The position numbers and the translations under genes are program-made. Source: Felis catus (taxonomy: Eukaryota). Taken from it: a stretch of DNA of 64,000 nt. Positions 24,138-37,569 of the stretch are shown one piece after another. Location: assembly GCF_018350175.1 (NCBI RefSeq), contig NC_058368.1, forward strand, positions 115,694,001 to 115,758,000. The letters run 5' to 3'. Position 1 is the stretch's first letter. Every line of letters begins with the position of its first letter. The notes below the pieces were generated by a model that did no database searches, was not told the origin of the DNA, and was given only the letters and a program-made list of their open reading frames with translations.

Positions 24138-25692
24138 TTTTTGAGAGAGAGAGCGTGTGCAAGCAGGGGAGGGGCAGAGAGAGAGGGAGACACAGAATCT
24201 GAGGCAGGTTCCAGACCCCGAGCTGTCAGCATAGAGCCTGACACAGGGCTTGAACTCACAAACTGTGAGATCATGACCTGAGCTGAAGTCGGATGCTTAA
24301 CCGACTGAGCCACCCAGGTGTGTGTCCCAGTTGTCTTCTTTTTCCGATATTTATTATTCAAACCTTAAACATAAAAAAAGTTGAAGACATTTTACGGTTA
24401 CCATCACTCAGGCTTTACAGTTTACATTACACTATATTTGCTTTATCACTATCCGTGCTTCCCCCCTCCATCTATCTGTTCATCTTGTTCATCTTAAAAA
24501 AATTTTTTTAACATTTTATTTATTTTTGAGAGAGAGAGACAGAGTATGAGCAGGGAAGGGGCAGAGACACAGGGAGACACAGAATCCAAAGCAGGCTCCA
24601 GGCTCTGAGCAGCACAGAGCCTGATGTGGGACTCGAACCCACGAACTGCAAGATCATGACCTAAGCCAAAGTCAGACGCTTAACCAACAGAGCCACCCAG
24701 GCACTCCAGTTTATCTTCTTTCTTACATGTGTTTCGAAGGAAGTTGCAGGAACAGTACACTTTACTCCCAGACACGTCAACATGTATATCACTAGCTAGA
24801 GTATAATATCTGTGTATGGTTGTTGGCTTTTTTTGAGACAAAACTTTGATATAATGAGATGCACACATCTTACCTATATCATTGGTTGCATTTTGACAAA
24901 TGTCTATGCTTGTATACCCCGCCTCCTATCAAGATGTAGAATATTTCCATCACTCCAGAAAGTTTCCTACTCACCCCTACCTCTACTGTTCTGATTTCTT
25001 TCCACAATAGCTTAGTTTTGCCCATTCTAGAACTTCATAAAAATGGAATCATACAGTATCTACTCTTTTTGTGTCTGGCTTATTGTATTTAGCATCATGT
25101 TTTGGAGATTCATCCATGGTATGTGTATATCAGCAGTTTTTTCTTTTTTACTGTTGAGTAGAATTCCATTGTATGGATGTACAACAGTTTGTTAATACAT
25201 TTGCCTCTTTTTTTTTTTTAAGGTTTTTAAAATATTTTTTTAATGTTTATTTATTTTTGAGACAGAGAGAGACAGAGCATGAACAGGGGAGGGGCAGAGA
25301 GAGAGGGAGACACAGAACCTGAAACAGGCTCCAGGCTCTGAGCTGTCAGCACAGAGCCCGACGCGGGGCTCGAACTCACGGACCATGAGATCGTGACCTG
25401 AGCCGAAGTCGGACGCTTAACCGGCTGAGCCACCCAGGCGCCCCAATACATTTGCCTCTTGATGGACACCTGGGCTGGTTCCAGTTTGGGGCCATTGTAA
25501 ATAAAGCTGCTATGAACATTCCTGTACAAGTCTTTGTGTGAACATATGTTTTCATTTCTCTTGAGTACCTAGAAGTGGAATTGCTGGATCATAGGGTAGT
25601 TGTATGTTTAGTTTTATAAGAAACTATTCAAACTTTTTTTTTAAGTTTGCTTATTTATTTTGAGAGAGAGAGAGAGAGCGAGGGGAGGAGGG

Positions 25693-25739
<47 letters not shown>

Positions 25740-25915
25740 CCCAAGCAAGCTCTGCACTGTCAGCAGGAGTCCAACATGGGGCTTGGATTCATGGGACCGT
25801 GAGATTGTGACCTGAGCTGAAATCAAGAGTCAGACGCTCAACCAACCGAGCCACCCAGGTGCCCCAAGAAACTGCCCAATCTTTTTCCAAAATGGTTATG
25901 CATTCCCACCCACAA
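23470..25915 (-). mobile_element. Old L1 fragments (L1M/L1ME-class) containing five antisense Can-SINEs (about 23731-23941, 24069-24322, 24503-24706, 25208-25444, 25634-25865)
   Basis: L1 antisense phrases (ttctagaacttcataaaaatggaatcatacag, gtggaattgctggatcatagg, gctgctatgaacatt); SINE TSDs acattttaaggcttt and aatacatttgcctctt. Confidence 0.85.
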
Positions 25916-26439
25916 AGAGTGATCTCTGCCACTGAGTTCGAAGCTTAGAACACGATGGGGTTGTCATCTCCTTGGTTTTGGATGCTAGATCTCAGTGAAT
26001 ACCACTTAAGGTCATAATAGCAGAGTTGGCTGCAGTTTCCCTGGACATCACTGGACACCTTGGGCTGTTTCTCATAGAGACATGAATGGATGGATGCTCA
26101 GCCAAGTCTTCTTGACCCTGAACTTGTACAATTGCTTTGTTGGAACCTGAATGTCAGCTTTTCCATTTGTCCTCATTAAATTCCATCTTGTTTGTTTTGA
26201 CTTTACCCTGCAGCCAATCCTGATAATGGTGAGAGCAGCAAACTCGCATGCACTTACCTTGTGCCAACACTGAGCTCCCTCACTCAGACTTCAGAACAAC
26301 CCTAACAGGGAGCTACTATTATTCCCATTTTAGAGGTGAGGAAATTGAAGCACAGACAGGTTCAGTAACTTTCCCAAGCTGATCCAGTCATAAATGAGCT
26401 AGGATCAGAACCCAGGTAGTTGGGATCCCAACATTGTGA

Positions 26440-26661
26440 TTTTTTTTTAATTTTTTTTTTAACATTTTATTTATTTTTGAGACAGAGAGAGACAGAGCAT
26501 GAACGGGGGAGGGTCAGAGAGAGGGAGACACAGAATTGGAAGCAGGCTCCAGGCTCTGAGCCATCAGCTCAGAGCCCGACGCGGGGCTCGAACTCACGGA
26601 CCGCGAGATCGTGACCTGAGCCGAAGTCGGCCGCCCAACCGACTGAGCCACCCACGCGCCC
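26440..26661 (-). mobile_element. SINEC_Fc inserted at the end of a MIR
   Basis: Reverse SINE body with TSD acattgtgatttt; MIR-like cccattttagaggtgaggaaattgaagcacaga just upstream. Confidence 0.9.
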
Positions 26662-27204
26662 CACTGACATTGTGATTTTAACCATTCACTCTGTTGCCCC
26701 TTTCTAACTTCTGATGTCATCTCCCTCCATCTCCCAGTTTCTGCAAACATACTGAGCATGCCTCTAGGTCTTCATCAAAATTTTTGGTTAAAAGACAAAA
26801 GCGAAAGCAAGAAACTTATGGACCAGGTAAGTCCAGGGCCAAGGTCAGAGCTTGGTGACATGCTTCGAAAGATCTCCTTTTGCGCTTGCCTTATTTGACT
26901 TGTCCATAATCTTTGATGGTGGTTACTCATCCACCATCCAGGCTTGGATCCAGGCTTGGCTTTCCACCGGTCTCAGGACAGTCTTCATCAAATACGTCTC
27001 TGGAATCCCCATTTCAAATCAGTCCCCAGATACCTGTTCAGGGGCACTAGGAACAAAGGGAAAAAAGGTGGGGCTGGGGTAGCTCTTATTTGAGCCCATG
27101 TGGGCACCCAGTGGCCCTTCATAGCCTCCAGGTCTTGGCCCAGTGGCTAGCAGATAGCAGGTGCTCAACAAATTCTTTTGGATTATTTTTTTGAAGGCTG
27201 CCTT

Positions 27205-27905
27205 ATTTTTAATTGTGGTAAAATATACGTAACATAAAAGTCAACAATTTTAACCATTTTTAAGTGTGCAGTTCGGTGGTATTAGGTATGTCACAAATGT
27301 TGTGCAACCCTTACCACTATTTCTAGAACTTTATCATCATCCCAACAAAAATTCTAGTAGAAAATAACTCTCCGTTCGCTCCAACTCCCGGTAACCGCTA
27401 GTATACTTTATGCTTCTATGAATTGACCTATTCTAGATATTTATTTTAAGCGGAAACATAATATTTGTCCTTTGGTGTCTGACTTCTTTCACTTAACATA
27501 ATGTTTTCAAGGTTCATCCGTGTTGTAGCATGTGTCAGAATTTCCTTATTTTTTTGTTTTTTTTTTTTTTTGAACCTTTTTCTTTTTTTCAATGTTTATT
27601 TTATTTTTGAAAGAGAGAGAGCATGAGCAGGGGAGGGGCAGAGAACAAAGGGGGCAGAGGATCCAGAGCGGGCTCTGTGCTGACAGCAATGAGCCCCATG
27701 TGGGGCTCAAACTCTCCAACTGTGAGATCATGACCTGAGCCGAAGTCGGACACTCAACCGACTGAGCCAGCTGCTCCTGAATTTCCTTCCTTTTTAAGAC
27801 TGATACTATTCCATTGTATGTATACACCACACTTTGTTTATCCATTCATCTGTCCGTGGACACTTAAGTTGTTTCCACTTTTTGGCTACTGTGACTTAAT
27901 GCTGC
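27205..27905 (-). mobile_element. L1M-class 3' fragment with an inserted Can-SINE (about 27548-27777)
   Basis: ttttaattgtggtaaaatatacgtaacataaa...ttttaagtgtgcagttcggtgg; aaggttcatccgtgttgtagcatgtgtcagaatttcc. Confidence 0.85.
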
Positions 27906-27959
27906 TTTGCAACTTGTTGTTATTTCATAATCCCTTTGTAATCCGGTTTTCCCAACCCT

Positions 27960-28921
27960 TCTCATTCAGATGGCTGTTGTAAAGGCCCCTGTGACTTTCA
28001 TGTTGCTAAATTCAATGGTCACCCTTCAGTCTTCACCTCTCTTGATCCATCAGGAGCACTGGACTTGATCCATCTCCTTCCTCCTTGGTATTATTTCTTC
28101 CTTGGGCTTATAGGATCCCTCATTCTCTGGCTTCCCCTCTGCCTCTAGATGCTCCTCCTCTTCAGCATCCCGTCTTGTTTCTCTCCTTCCTCCTCCCCTA
28201 CCTCTGAATGTGGGAGGATCTCAGGGCTCCATTCTTGGTCCTCTGACACATGTGCCCCCACTCCTGGGCGGCCTCATCACTTTTCCTGAATGTACCCCAT
28301 AGCCCAGACCTTTCTCACGTCTATCTGCCTACCTGACATCTCCACTTAGGTGGCCACTTGATATGTCAGGCTCCACCCATCCAAAACTGAACACTTGTTT
28401 TCCTCTTCAGACATGGTCTGCCCCACTTCCCCACTTTAGTTCCTGGCAATTCTGTCCTTCCCATTGTTCAGGCCCTCCAGTTTTGCTTCACTCTTGACAT
28501 CTCTTTCTCTTAAACCCCACACCCAATATCTCAACTCATCTTATTGGCTTTACCTTCAAAATACAGCTAGAATCTGGTTCTTTTCCCCCAGCTCTACTGC
28601 TACCCCCAGGGTTCTGGAATTCAGCAGTAATCCCCTAACTGGTCTTCAGGCTCAGCCCTGACCCCTCCAGTCTGTCCCCATACAGCAGCCAAAGGGATCC
28701 TTTAAAAATACAAGTCAATGGGACATCTGGGTGGCTCAGTCCATTGAGCATCCGACACTTGGTTTCAGCTCAGCTCATGGTCTCACGGCTCATGGGATTG
28801 AGCCCTGCGTCGGGTTCCGTACTGACAGTGCAGAGCCTGCTTGGGATTCTCTTTCCCTCTCTCTCTGCCCCTTCCCTGCTGGTGTGCACTCTCTCTTTCT
28901 CAAAATAAAAATAAATAAACA

Positions 28922-28955
<34 letters not shown>

Positions 28956-29540
28956 AAAAATTCCAGTCAAATAAGGTCAGTTCTTTGTCCCAGAGTTTGG
29001 GTGGTTCCTCATGCCTGTAAGAGTCAAAGCCATAGCCCTTATGTAGCCTACAAGGCTCTACATCTTTGGGCCCCCACCTCATGCCCTACACTCTCTTGCT
29101 CCCTTTGCTCCTTGCTGTTCCAAGAATATGCCAGGCACACTCCCAGCTCAGAGTCTTTGTGCTGACTGTTCCTGGTCCTTGGATTGCCCCCACCCCGCCC
29201 ACATATCTACATGACAAATTCCTTTACCCTTTTCTCATCTTTGTTCAAATTCACTTTCTCAAAGTCTTTCAGTATCATTCTATTTAAAGTTGCAATAGCT
29301 GTCACCCCATCCACCCTCCTTATCCCCTTTATGCTTCCCTATTTCCTCTTGGAGTACTTGTCACTGTCTTCTTATAAATTTTACTTATTTATTGTGTTTA
29401 TTATTTCTTTTCTCCTCTCGCCCCCACTAGAAAGGATTCAGAAGGTCATGGATTTTCCTCTTTTATTTACTGATATCGTTCACTCAGAAGAGTGCTTGGT
29501 GCATGTAGGGCCTCAATAAAAATTTGTTGAAAGAGTGAGT
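27960..29540 (+). mobile_element. L2 remnant with an inserted Can-SINE (28720-28952, + strand)
   Basis: L2-like phrases (gacatctccacttagg, ccaaaactgaacac, ctcaataaaaatttgttgaa); SINE head gggacatctgggtggctcag and long A tail. Confidence 0.7.
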
Positions 29541-30699
29541 GAAGAACGCAAGTGCGATAATTTGGGAAGAGATCTGGAATCTAAAAATGGGTTGGAGTCG
29601 AGAAAAGGTGGGCTTCTGGCCAGGTGTCGCGGACATTAGCGCTGTTTGCCGTGCAGCAGTGATCCCCTTGCTCCTGATAACTCTCGCCTTGTTTGCCTTT
29701 GGGACATAGCTGCTCCCGCCACCAATCCATAAGGATTACCCGGGGTGGCTCCACCCCTTGAGACTTTTGCTTATATTGTTGGGATAGGGAAGGCTTCTTC
29801 CCTCAAAGCTAGACACAAGCTCAGAGCTGCCTTGCCCGTTTTGTTACGTTGTTGAAAAAGACTGCTGGGAGATGAAGCCAACACACAGGGATACTGGGCT
29901 GCAGGTGTGGAGAAAGATATGTGGAAGACTAGACGCAATACTGCTTGCAGCTGGCTCTACTCCTGGACTCCTCGTTTACACGAGCCTCTTTTCATGAAAG
30001 CTGGTTTCTGTCCTTTGCAATCACTTAACACCGTACCTGCCCGGGCTCGTGAATTGGGAAGTGAGGAAGGTCTGAGGCGGGTCTGCAGCGTGTGGGAGGT
30101 GGACGGTGGTCCCAGTGGCAGTCTCAAGTGAGAGGGGCTGAGCATACAGATGGCATTCAGTTATTAGTGCTGAATGGAGGGAACTAGGGAACAGATTTGC
30201 CACAGCCCCGCCCTAGAGGAGCTCTCTGTCAGGGGAGAAAGGCATGGACCCTAACTGGGGCAAGACAGACTGAGAGATCCTGTTAGATATACCAGCTGCA
30301 AGCTAGGTTGACGTGGATTGTGCCTAAGGTTGGGTGGGAAGCGGGAAGGGGAAGATCTTCCCTACAGAGCTAATTCCTGACTGGCTACTTCTCCCCCAGC
30401 CCCCAGTACATGTGAAAGAGCCCGGTTAAAATACACACTAGGGCTTTGCCATTTATTAGAGGTGTGTTCAAGGGTAGGCCACTTAACTTTCCTAGCTTCA
30501 GTGTCCTCATAGGTAAAATGGAATGAATGCTGTCCACCTCGTAGGGTTTCCGTGTGGATGAAATGAGATAGTGTGTGAAATGAGATAATGCCGAGAATTT
30601 AGGATGAACCCGGTTCACAGAACACTCTTAATAAAAATCAGCTGCTAGGATTATCATCCGAGGTCTTTCCTGGCTAGCGATTGTGCCTGGTGGTGCAGG

Positions 30700-30730
30700 T
30701 GCAGTTCTTGTAGACACCAGCAGGTGACGC
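30700..30730 (+). promoter_or_regulatory. CTCF-like motif with upstream (U) motif
   Basis: TGCAGTTC at 30700 followed at typical spacing by CCAGCAGGTGACGC (30717-30730; one mismatch to the core). Confidence 0.45.
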
Positions 30731-33009
30731 CCTGACCCCAAAAGAGCCCATTCTTCGACAGACTACTTTAAGAAGGGCTCCGGAAGGGGTTGGGCAGGGC
30801 GGCCTCTCGGATCTCCGCCAGTTAGACTCCTGCCTTCCCGGCTGTGGTGGGGAGAGGTAGCTGCGTTCCCCTCAGTTCCAAGAGCGGGCCTGGGTCACCA
30901 TGGGATAGTGGAGCCTCAGTTTTCCATCCGTATTTTGGAAGAGCATGGGCTTCGGAGACTGCCTGGGTCAAGTTGAGGAAATACTCAGGTTGGATCAGGT
31001 AAAGGACTGCCAGAAGGAGCGAGCATCCCGTCACGGAGGCTGGTTAGAGAGGGCCTGAGGCTGGCCCTCGGGGCACGGCTGGTGTTGAGGCAGGGGGATG
31101 ACCCATATGACCTCTGTTTTCTTCCTTTCTGGATGAGAGATGGAGAGCGGGGCTGCCCGCCACGGCTGACCCAGGACCGTGCCTGACCTGGTGACGCGGG
31201 ACGCTCTGGTAATTCTGTATTTGGCCAGCAGAGGGAAGCAGAGAGCCTCCTGGGCTTCGCGAGGCGTCCCTGCCAGCCTTGGAGCTCGCTCGCCCTCCCG
31301 GGAACTTGCTGCTCCAGGCCTCCTGGGGCAGGAGTCCGCGTATTCCGAGTCTCTCAGCTCTCTCAGCGTGCCCTCCTCTTGAGGGCGGGGAGCGGGAATG
31401 GGGAGAGGAACGCGTGGGATGAGGGGAGGGTCAGCTTCAACACGAATTGAGTGCCTCCTCTAGCAGAGCCGCATCTTCCCTGGGCCTCAGTAACTGGGAT
31501 GGGATCTGGCCGCAACTCTACTCCTAGGTGCTCCGACTTCCTGGTGTTATCTCTCCAAGGATAAGGATTTGGGGGCAGAAGGGGAGCCTCTCTCTAACCC
31601 TCATAACCCAGGCCTGGAGGGTCAGCTGCACCTCCGGAAGCAGGGGAGTGCCCACCCCATGGCACTCTGGCCAGTTCCCGGCATCCTCCTGGACAGGCTC
31701 CCAGAGGCCCACAAAGGCCTTCAGACAAAGTTCTGGGCCAGGCTTTGCCTGTGCCCTGGGCCCACAGCCCTCTGGCTCTAAGGCACTGCAAGTCCCTGGC
31801 ACTTCTCATGGGGTTTTGTCCACTAGCCCTGGACCAGTGCTGGCAGGGCCCTGTGCTGGGGGGTGGGGGTAGGACAGGCAACTCTCAGAGCTGCGCAGTC
31901 TCCCTTCTTTCCCTCCTGCCCGTGGCCTTGCTCTCCTCCAGGACACCTTCCCCCACATCATGCCTGCTCAGGCTATGTCTTTTCCCCACTTGTCCTTCTC
32001 TTGGCTGCAAGTCGAAATCTTTGCCATCCTCAGGTCCTGCTTATATCCTACCGCTCATTTCTTCATCCACCCGTTTATTCAACAAGTATTTATTGAGCTC
32101 CTGCAATGCTCCAGGCCCTTGCTAGATGCTGGGGATCCAGCAATAACAAGACATAGTTCCTGTCCTTTTTGGAGTTCATAGTCCAGGGAGAGAGTAGGTA
32201 GGAGACTAGTAAAACTCATACCTAAAACTGGATTCCATTGTGTGATAATTGGCGTGAAGCAGATAAGCTGCCAGCTTCGGGAAGCTCTACCTACAGAGGT
32301 GTTTCCCCTGGAAAGTCATCTGATAGGTTGTGAGCTGTGGAGGGAGGGTTTTGGTTTGGCCCTGCTCCTCCTCCTCCCAGGGCCAGGCTCACAGGCATAC
32401 AGTAGGTGCTCAGTAAATGTTGGTTGTACACATGGATGAATCATCATTCTCATGGCCAGGGGCTGTCCAGTGAGAATGGCATTTCCTCCCGACATAAGAG
32501 TCATAGGTAGTGCTGGGGATCGTACAGATAAGACCCTGAGGTTCCAAGGATTGCATCCTAGGCCTCTGTGGCTTCCTGCCTCGCTCCTCACCACACAGCG
32601 TCCCTACCTCGGGCTCTGTCAGAGTCCCATGGCCCATGCATGGGTTTGTCTGTGACCTCTCATTCATCCATTCTTTGGCTCTATCACCTTTTGGGTGCCC
32701 ACTGTACCCTGGCCCTGGGCTCTGGAGGAAGTGGGGACCTAGAGAAGAGAGGGTCCTTGCTGTCCTGGACCATCCAGTCCAGACAGTAATGGCGCAGCGC
32801 AGTGCATGCTGTGATAGGGGAAGATGATGGTGCTTTGTGAGCCTGGAGGGCTGTTTGCTCAGTCTGGGGGCACCTCCTCAAAGAGGCCTCCTCTGGTCAT
32901 CTGGCTGAAGGAGCTCCCATTTCCAGCTGGGTGCTTTTACAGCCCCATTTTTTTCCCCCGGAGTACTTTTTAGTATCTGCAGTTACCTTCTTTCTTTATC
33001 TGTTAGTGT

Positions 33010-34640
33010 TTTCATTATCTGAGCGCTTTACTGAGTGCCTGCTATGTGTCAGGCAATGTTCTAGGCCCTGGGCCTATAGACGTGAAAGAACAAATTTCCT
33101 TCTCTCTTGGAGCTTATGGTCTAGTGATGATAGTGGTGGTAGGAAGACAGACAATAACCAGAATAAATAGGCAGGCATGTAGTATATAAATACATGTTAT
33201 GGAGGAAAAGCAAGCAGGCAAAGGGGAGACTGTTAGTATTTTAGGCAGATGGCTAAAGGGGGTGAGGGGTGTTTTAAGCAGAGGGAATAGCAAGTGCAAA
33301 GGCCCTGAAGTGGGAATGTGCCTAGTGTGTTAGAGGATCAATGAGGAGGCCACTGTGGCTGGAGAGGAGTGAGGTCGGAGAGGAGTGAGGTCAGACAGGT
33401 GGGAGGGCCCAGATCATGTAGGACCTTGTAGCCTTTGTAGAGCTCTGCTTTAACTCTTAGGGACATGAGAGCCATTGGAAGCTTTTGAGCAGAGGAGTCA
33501 CATGATCTGGCTTACGTTTAACAGGATCTCTTTGGCTGCTGTGTCGGAAATGTTGGTAGTGGGGTTGGGTGCAAGTGGGGGGACCAGTTAGGAGGCTACG
33601 GTAACAATCCAGGTGAGAGGCGATTGTGACTGCAGCCAGGTGGTGGCAATGGAGCTGAGGAGCAGTGGCCAATTTGAGACATAGTTTGAAAGTAGATCCC
33701 ACGGGGTTTGTTGAGGTATTGCATGTAGCGGGGGAGAGAGAGACAAGGACAATGCCTGGGTTTGGGCCTGAGCTGATGGCAGGAAGGTGGTGGCATCTAC
33801 TGTGGTGAGGAAGAGGTCAGTTCCCGTTGTGATCACTCGGAGCTGCTCTTTGTACATCGTGGTGGAGCCCTCAGGTCAGCCGTTGGGTATGAGGGTCTGA
33901 CCTGAGCCAGAAGAGGTTTGGGATAGAGAATCACACAGGATGATCCTTGGGGTTTAGATGGGCTTTGAAGCCAGGTGGGTGCACCACGGAGGAGGGAGGT
34001 GGAAAAGAAGACGGATGACTGAGGTATTTGGGAGTCAGGGGGTGGAGGAGGAACAAAGAAGGGCGAGAAGGTAGAGCCAGGGATATGGGAAAGCGGTATG
34101 AGTCCTGGAAGTCAATGGGAGGAACTATTTCAAGGAGGAGGGGTGATCAAGTGTTGTCAAATGCTGCCAATGAGTTAAGATGAGGTGTGAGCATTGACTT
34201 CTGGATTTGACATCATAGTAGTCACTAAGGATCAGGCCCCAGTCTGTCTAGTCCATTTGTACAAATATGAGAAAGAGGCCCCTCTAGGCGGACCTGGTGT
34301 GCGGGCACACAGAAGGGAGTCACCTCGGTATAAAGGAAAAGGTATCTGTCCCCAGCCTGATGTAGTCTTGTACCAGGCACAGCATGGTGAGAAGACAGAA
34401 ATTTGGATTTCAGCTCCTTCTCCATGCCTTGCGCCTTTGTGCAGTGCCCAGCCTGTACACCTGTACTCAGCAGCTGTGTTGGTGACCTGGATGAGCAGTA
34501 TCAGTGGAATGAGTGTGGATGAGGGGATGAGAGTCAGATTGGAGTGAGTTCAAGAGAGAAGGAGAGAGAAATTGGAGAGCATGGACAACTTCTTCAAGGA
34601 GCTTTGCTGTATTGGGGAAAAAGAAATAGCACCGTAGCTG
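33010..34640 (-). mobile_element. L2 remnant(s)
   Basis: actgagtgcctgctatgtgtcaggc, gcaagtgcaaaggccctgaagtgggaatgtgcc, ggatctctttggctgctgtg, gtcaaatgctgcc. Confidence 0.75.
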
Positions 34641-37569
34641 GAGGGGCTGGAGGGTTGAGAGAAATTAGCCAAGAGAGAGTGAGTGAAGAGAAGGCATCCT
34701 AGGCACAAGACCAGCATAAGCAAAGTGAGGTTATTAGAAATGGTTGTGTTACGTCAGGGTGGATGAGTCCTAGAACATCACATTTGAGGGGAGAGGTGTC
34801 AGGAGAGGACACCGGACAGGTGGGCTGGGGCCTTTGTCTTTGAGGCAGAGGGGCAAGGGCAGGGTTGGCTAGGTGCACAGTAGGCGCTCACTGAGTATTG
34901 CAGGATTGGCCTGGGGAATCCCTACCCAGCCTCTCACCCCCTGGCCTCAATCCACTAGCTGGAAGATGGGTGTTTCAGGTGTTCTCTAGGCCAAGCATCC
35001 TCTGGATCATATCCCCTTCCTCCGGGTGGTAGGTCTCAGGTTCTGGCCTCTTCTTCTCCCTGGATGCCCCACTCTGCTCAGGCTGAAGAAGAGGAGGAGG
35101 CCCTGCCTGGGTCTAGGGAGGCAGGAGGTCAGGTAGAGGCCTCACCGTGGCAGAGGCGGTGGTGGGCTAAGTGGATTGGGAACTAGGCCCCTTCCTCCTG
35201 TCCAGCCTCCAGCACCTGCCTTCCTGAGACTCACCTTCAGGGGGCTGGGGGGAGGTGGGAAGGAGGATGGAGTCGACACTTGGAGGAAGGGGGAGAAGCT
35301 GCTGATCCTTTTTTCCCCGGAGGGATACTGAGGAATGTATTGCATTTTGGCTGCTGGGAGGGAAGACGCTGACCCTGTTCTCTTTTAAGAGGCAAAAGTA
35401 GCTACAAGAAATAATAACAATAACCCTCTCTCCTGTGTCCAGGGCACCCAAAGCACTCTCTCACACAGAGGCCATCTGTGGCCTTGTGACAGCTCTTTGA
35501 GCTAGTTCCACTTTACATGGGAAAGTGAGATTCAGGGAGGGGTTATAGCTCTCATGGTCACACAGCCAGGAAACAGCAGCGGTCAGGTTAGAGCCCAGGT
35601 CTCTGGCCCTGGCCCACTCATGCCCACCGCAACGGGCTCCCGCAGCTGCCAATGATGGGGAGCAGACCCAGGCCGGGGACTAGGTTTGTGTGCCAGATTA
35701 AGTGGAGAGACAGCTGTATCTCCCTCTGGGCTCCCTCCATTCTTGCCTTCCATGTATATTTATTAGGTGTGCTAGGTACTGAACATACACTGTGAAGAAG
35801 AAGACCTTGCCTTCAGGGGGATCACAATCCATCTAGGTGGACAGAGAGTGAATAATCCATTCCATGAGTAAGTCACTCATTACATCTGGAGTAACTACAG
35901 CCTGTTGGGTGCTTCTGTGCTCCAGGTCTTGGGTGGGTGGGCACTGAGCATACCGGCTCCTTTTATCCCCATTCCAGCCACACAAGACAGGGGCTACTAC
36001 CGTCCTTATTGGGTAGTTGAGGAAGTGGAAGGTCAGAGGGGTTGTTGAGATGTGACTTGAGCTCATGGGTTCTGAACATGGGGAATATGGAGGCAAAGCC
36101 CTGTCACCTCTTTTTCACCCCACAGCTCCTGTTGGTTGTCGCCCATCCTTACCTACAGGTAGCAGATGGCAGTAGATTAGAGGGCAGGACAGCAGGGAAG
36201 CCATGTTCCCTCTGTGCCTTCGAAGAAGATCCTGGGCACTTGGAGTAGAGTGGCCCCCTTGTTTCTAGGCTCTGTGGGAATCTCCTAGGGTTTGACGGGC
36301 AGTAAGGGGGTGTGGCCTGAGAGCCTTCTCAATTGCCCAGCTGTGTCTCTAGGATCTGACCTCCTGGGACCTTAAGCAAGTGGCTAGTGCTTTGGGGGCC
36401 TCAGTTTTCTCATCTGTAAAATGGTTTGTAGGCTTGTTCTGAGAATTAAATATAACACATGGAAAACATTTAATGTGGACTTTGGCACATGGTAGATATA
36501 CGGTTCATAACGGAAGTGTCCCCATGGTTGATGAAACCCCAGCTCCATCTGTGGCCCAGCTTGAAGACGGAGGAGACTCATCACAACTCAGACCCTGCAT
36601 CTCCCATTATTGCCACTCTGCACAGCTTAGATACCCCTCATAGATCAGCAAATCTCATGTCTCTCACCCTCTGCTCCCTAAGAAGAGAGCCCCTAAATGT
36701 GTGTGTGTGTGTATAGGTGGAAGGAAGATCAGAGAAAGCTTCTTGGAGGAAGGGGCATTTAAGAAGGGATTTGAGGACTGAGTAGGAGTTCATTGAGCAC
36801 AGCATGCTCAAGGCCTGCTCAGGCAGAGTGTGGAACACCTGCAAAGGTCTGGAGGTGTGGAGCAGCTGAGTTCAGTGAACAGCCCCTGGGGACTGGAGTG
36901 GAAAGAAAGTTGTGGGAAGTGGCCTTTTGCAGTAGGGCTGACTCTAACCTGATCTCTGTTTTTAGTGGGACTGGGCTTGCTCACCCTCCCCTGCTCCCCC
37001 CAGTTTCTGGTCTCTCTAGATTCCTATGGGTGGGGCCCTTTACTACTTATCTCAGTGGTGGAATCTTGCCCTGCAGAAGCCTCACCGCTAGGAAGTTCTT
37101 CTTGGTGTCTAGCCCAGGTGCATTACTGACACGCTTCTTTAGCGCTGGGGTCCTGGGGAGGAGCTCTTTAAGCTGTTGACTAGCATGGGGGGTGGGGGGG
37201 ACTGTGGGGCAAGTCCCTTGGGACCCCCCTCCTCCTGACCTCTTGCTGGGAGTCCACATTCTTGATTGGACCCACCTTTCCCCTCTACCTCCCTCAGGGT
37301 TTCTCCCCTTTGTCTCATCTTCTGTCCTAAGCCCCCCTACTCTCCCCATATCCCAGGTCTGTCTGTCCCTCTGTCTCGGTAGGTAGGTAGGTAGGTAGGT
37401 AGGACAGGCTCAGTTTACCCATCTCTGAGATGGTCCACCTTGTCTCCTGTCCAGGTAGGGTCTCTCTGGGCTTGTGTGTGGGGGGCGGAGGGCAAAGATC
37501 AGAGGACCAGACCTCAGAAGCAGGGCAAGGATCTGTTCCCTCCTTCACCTGGAGGAGGGCTGAGCCCAT

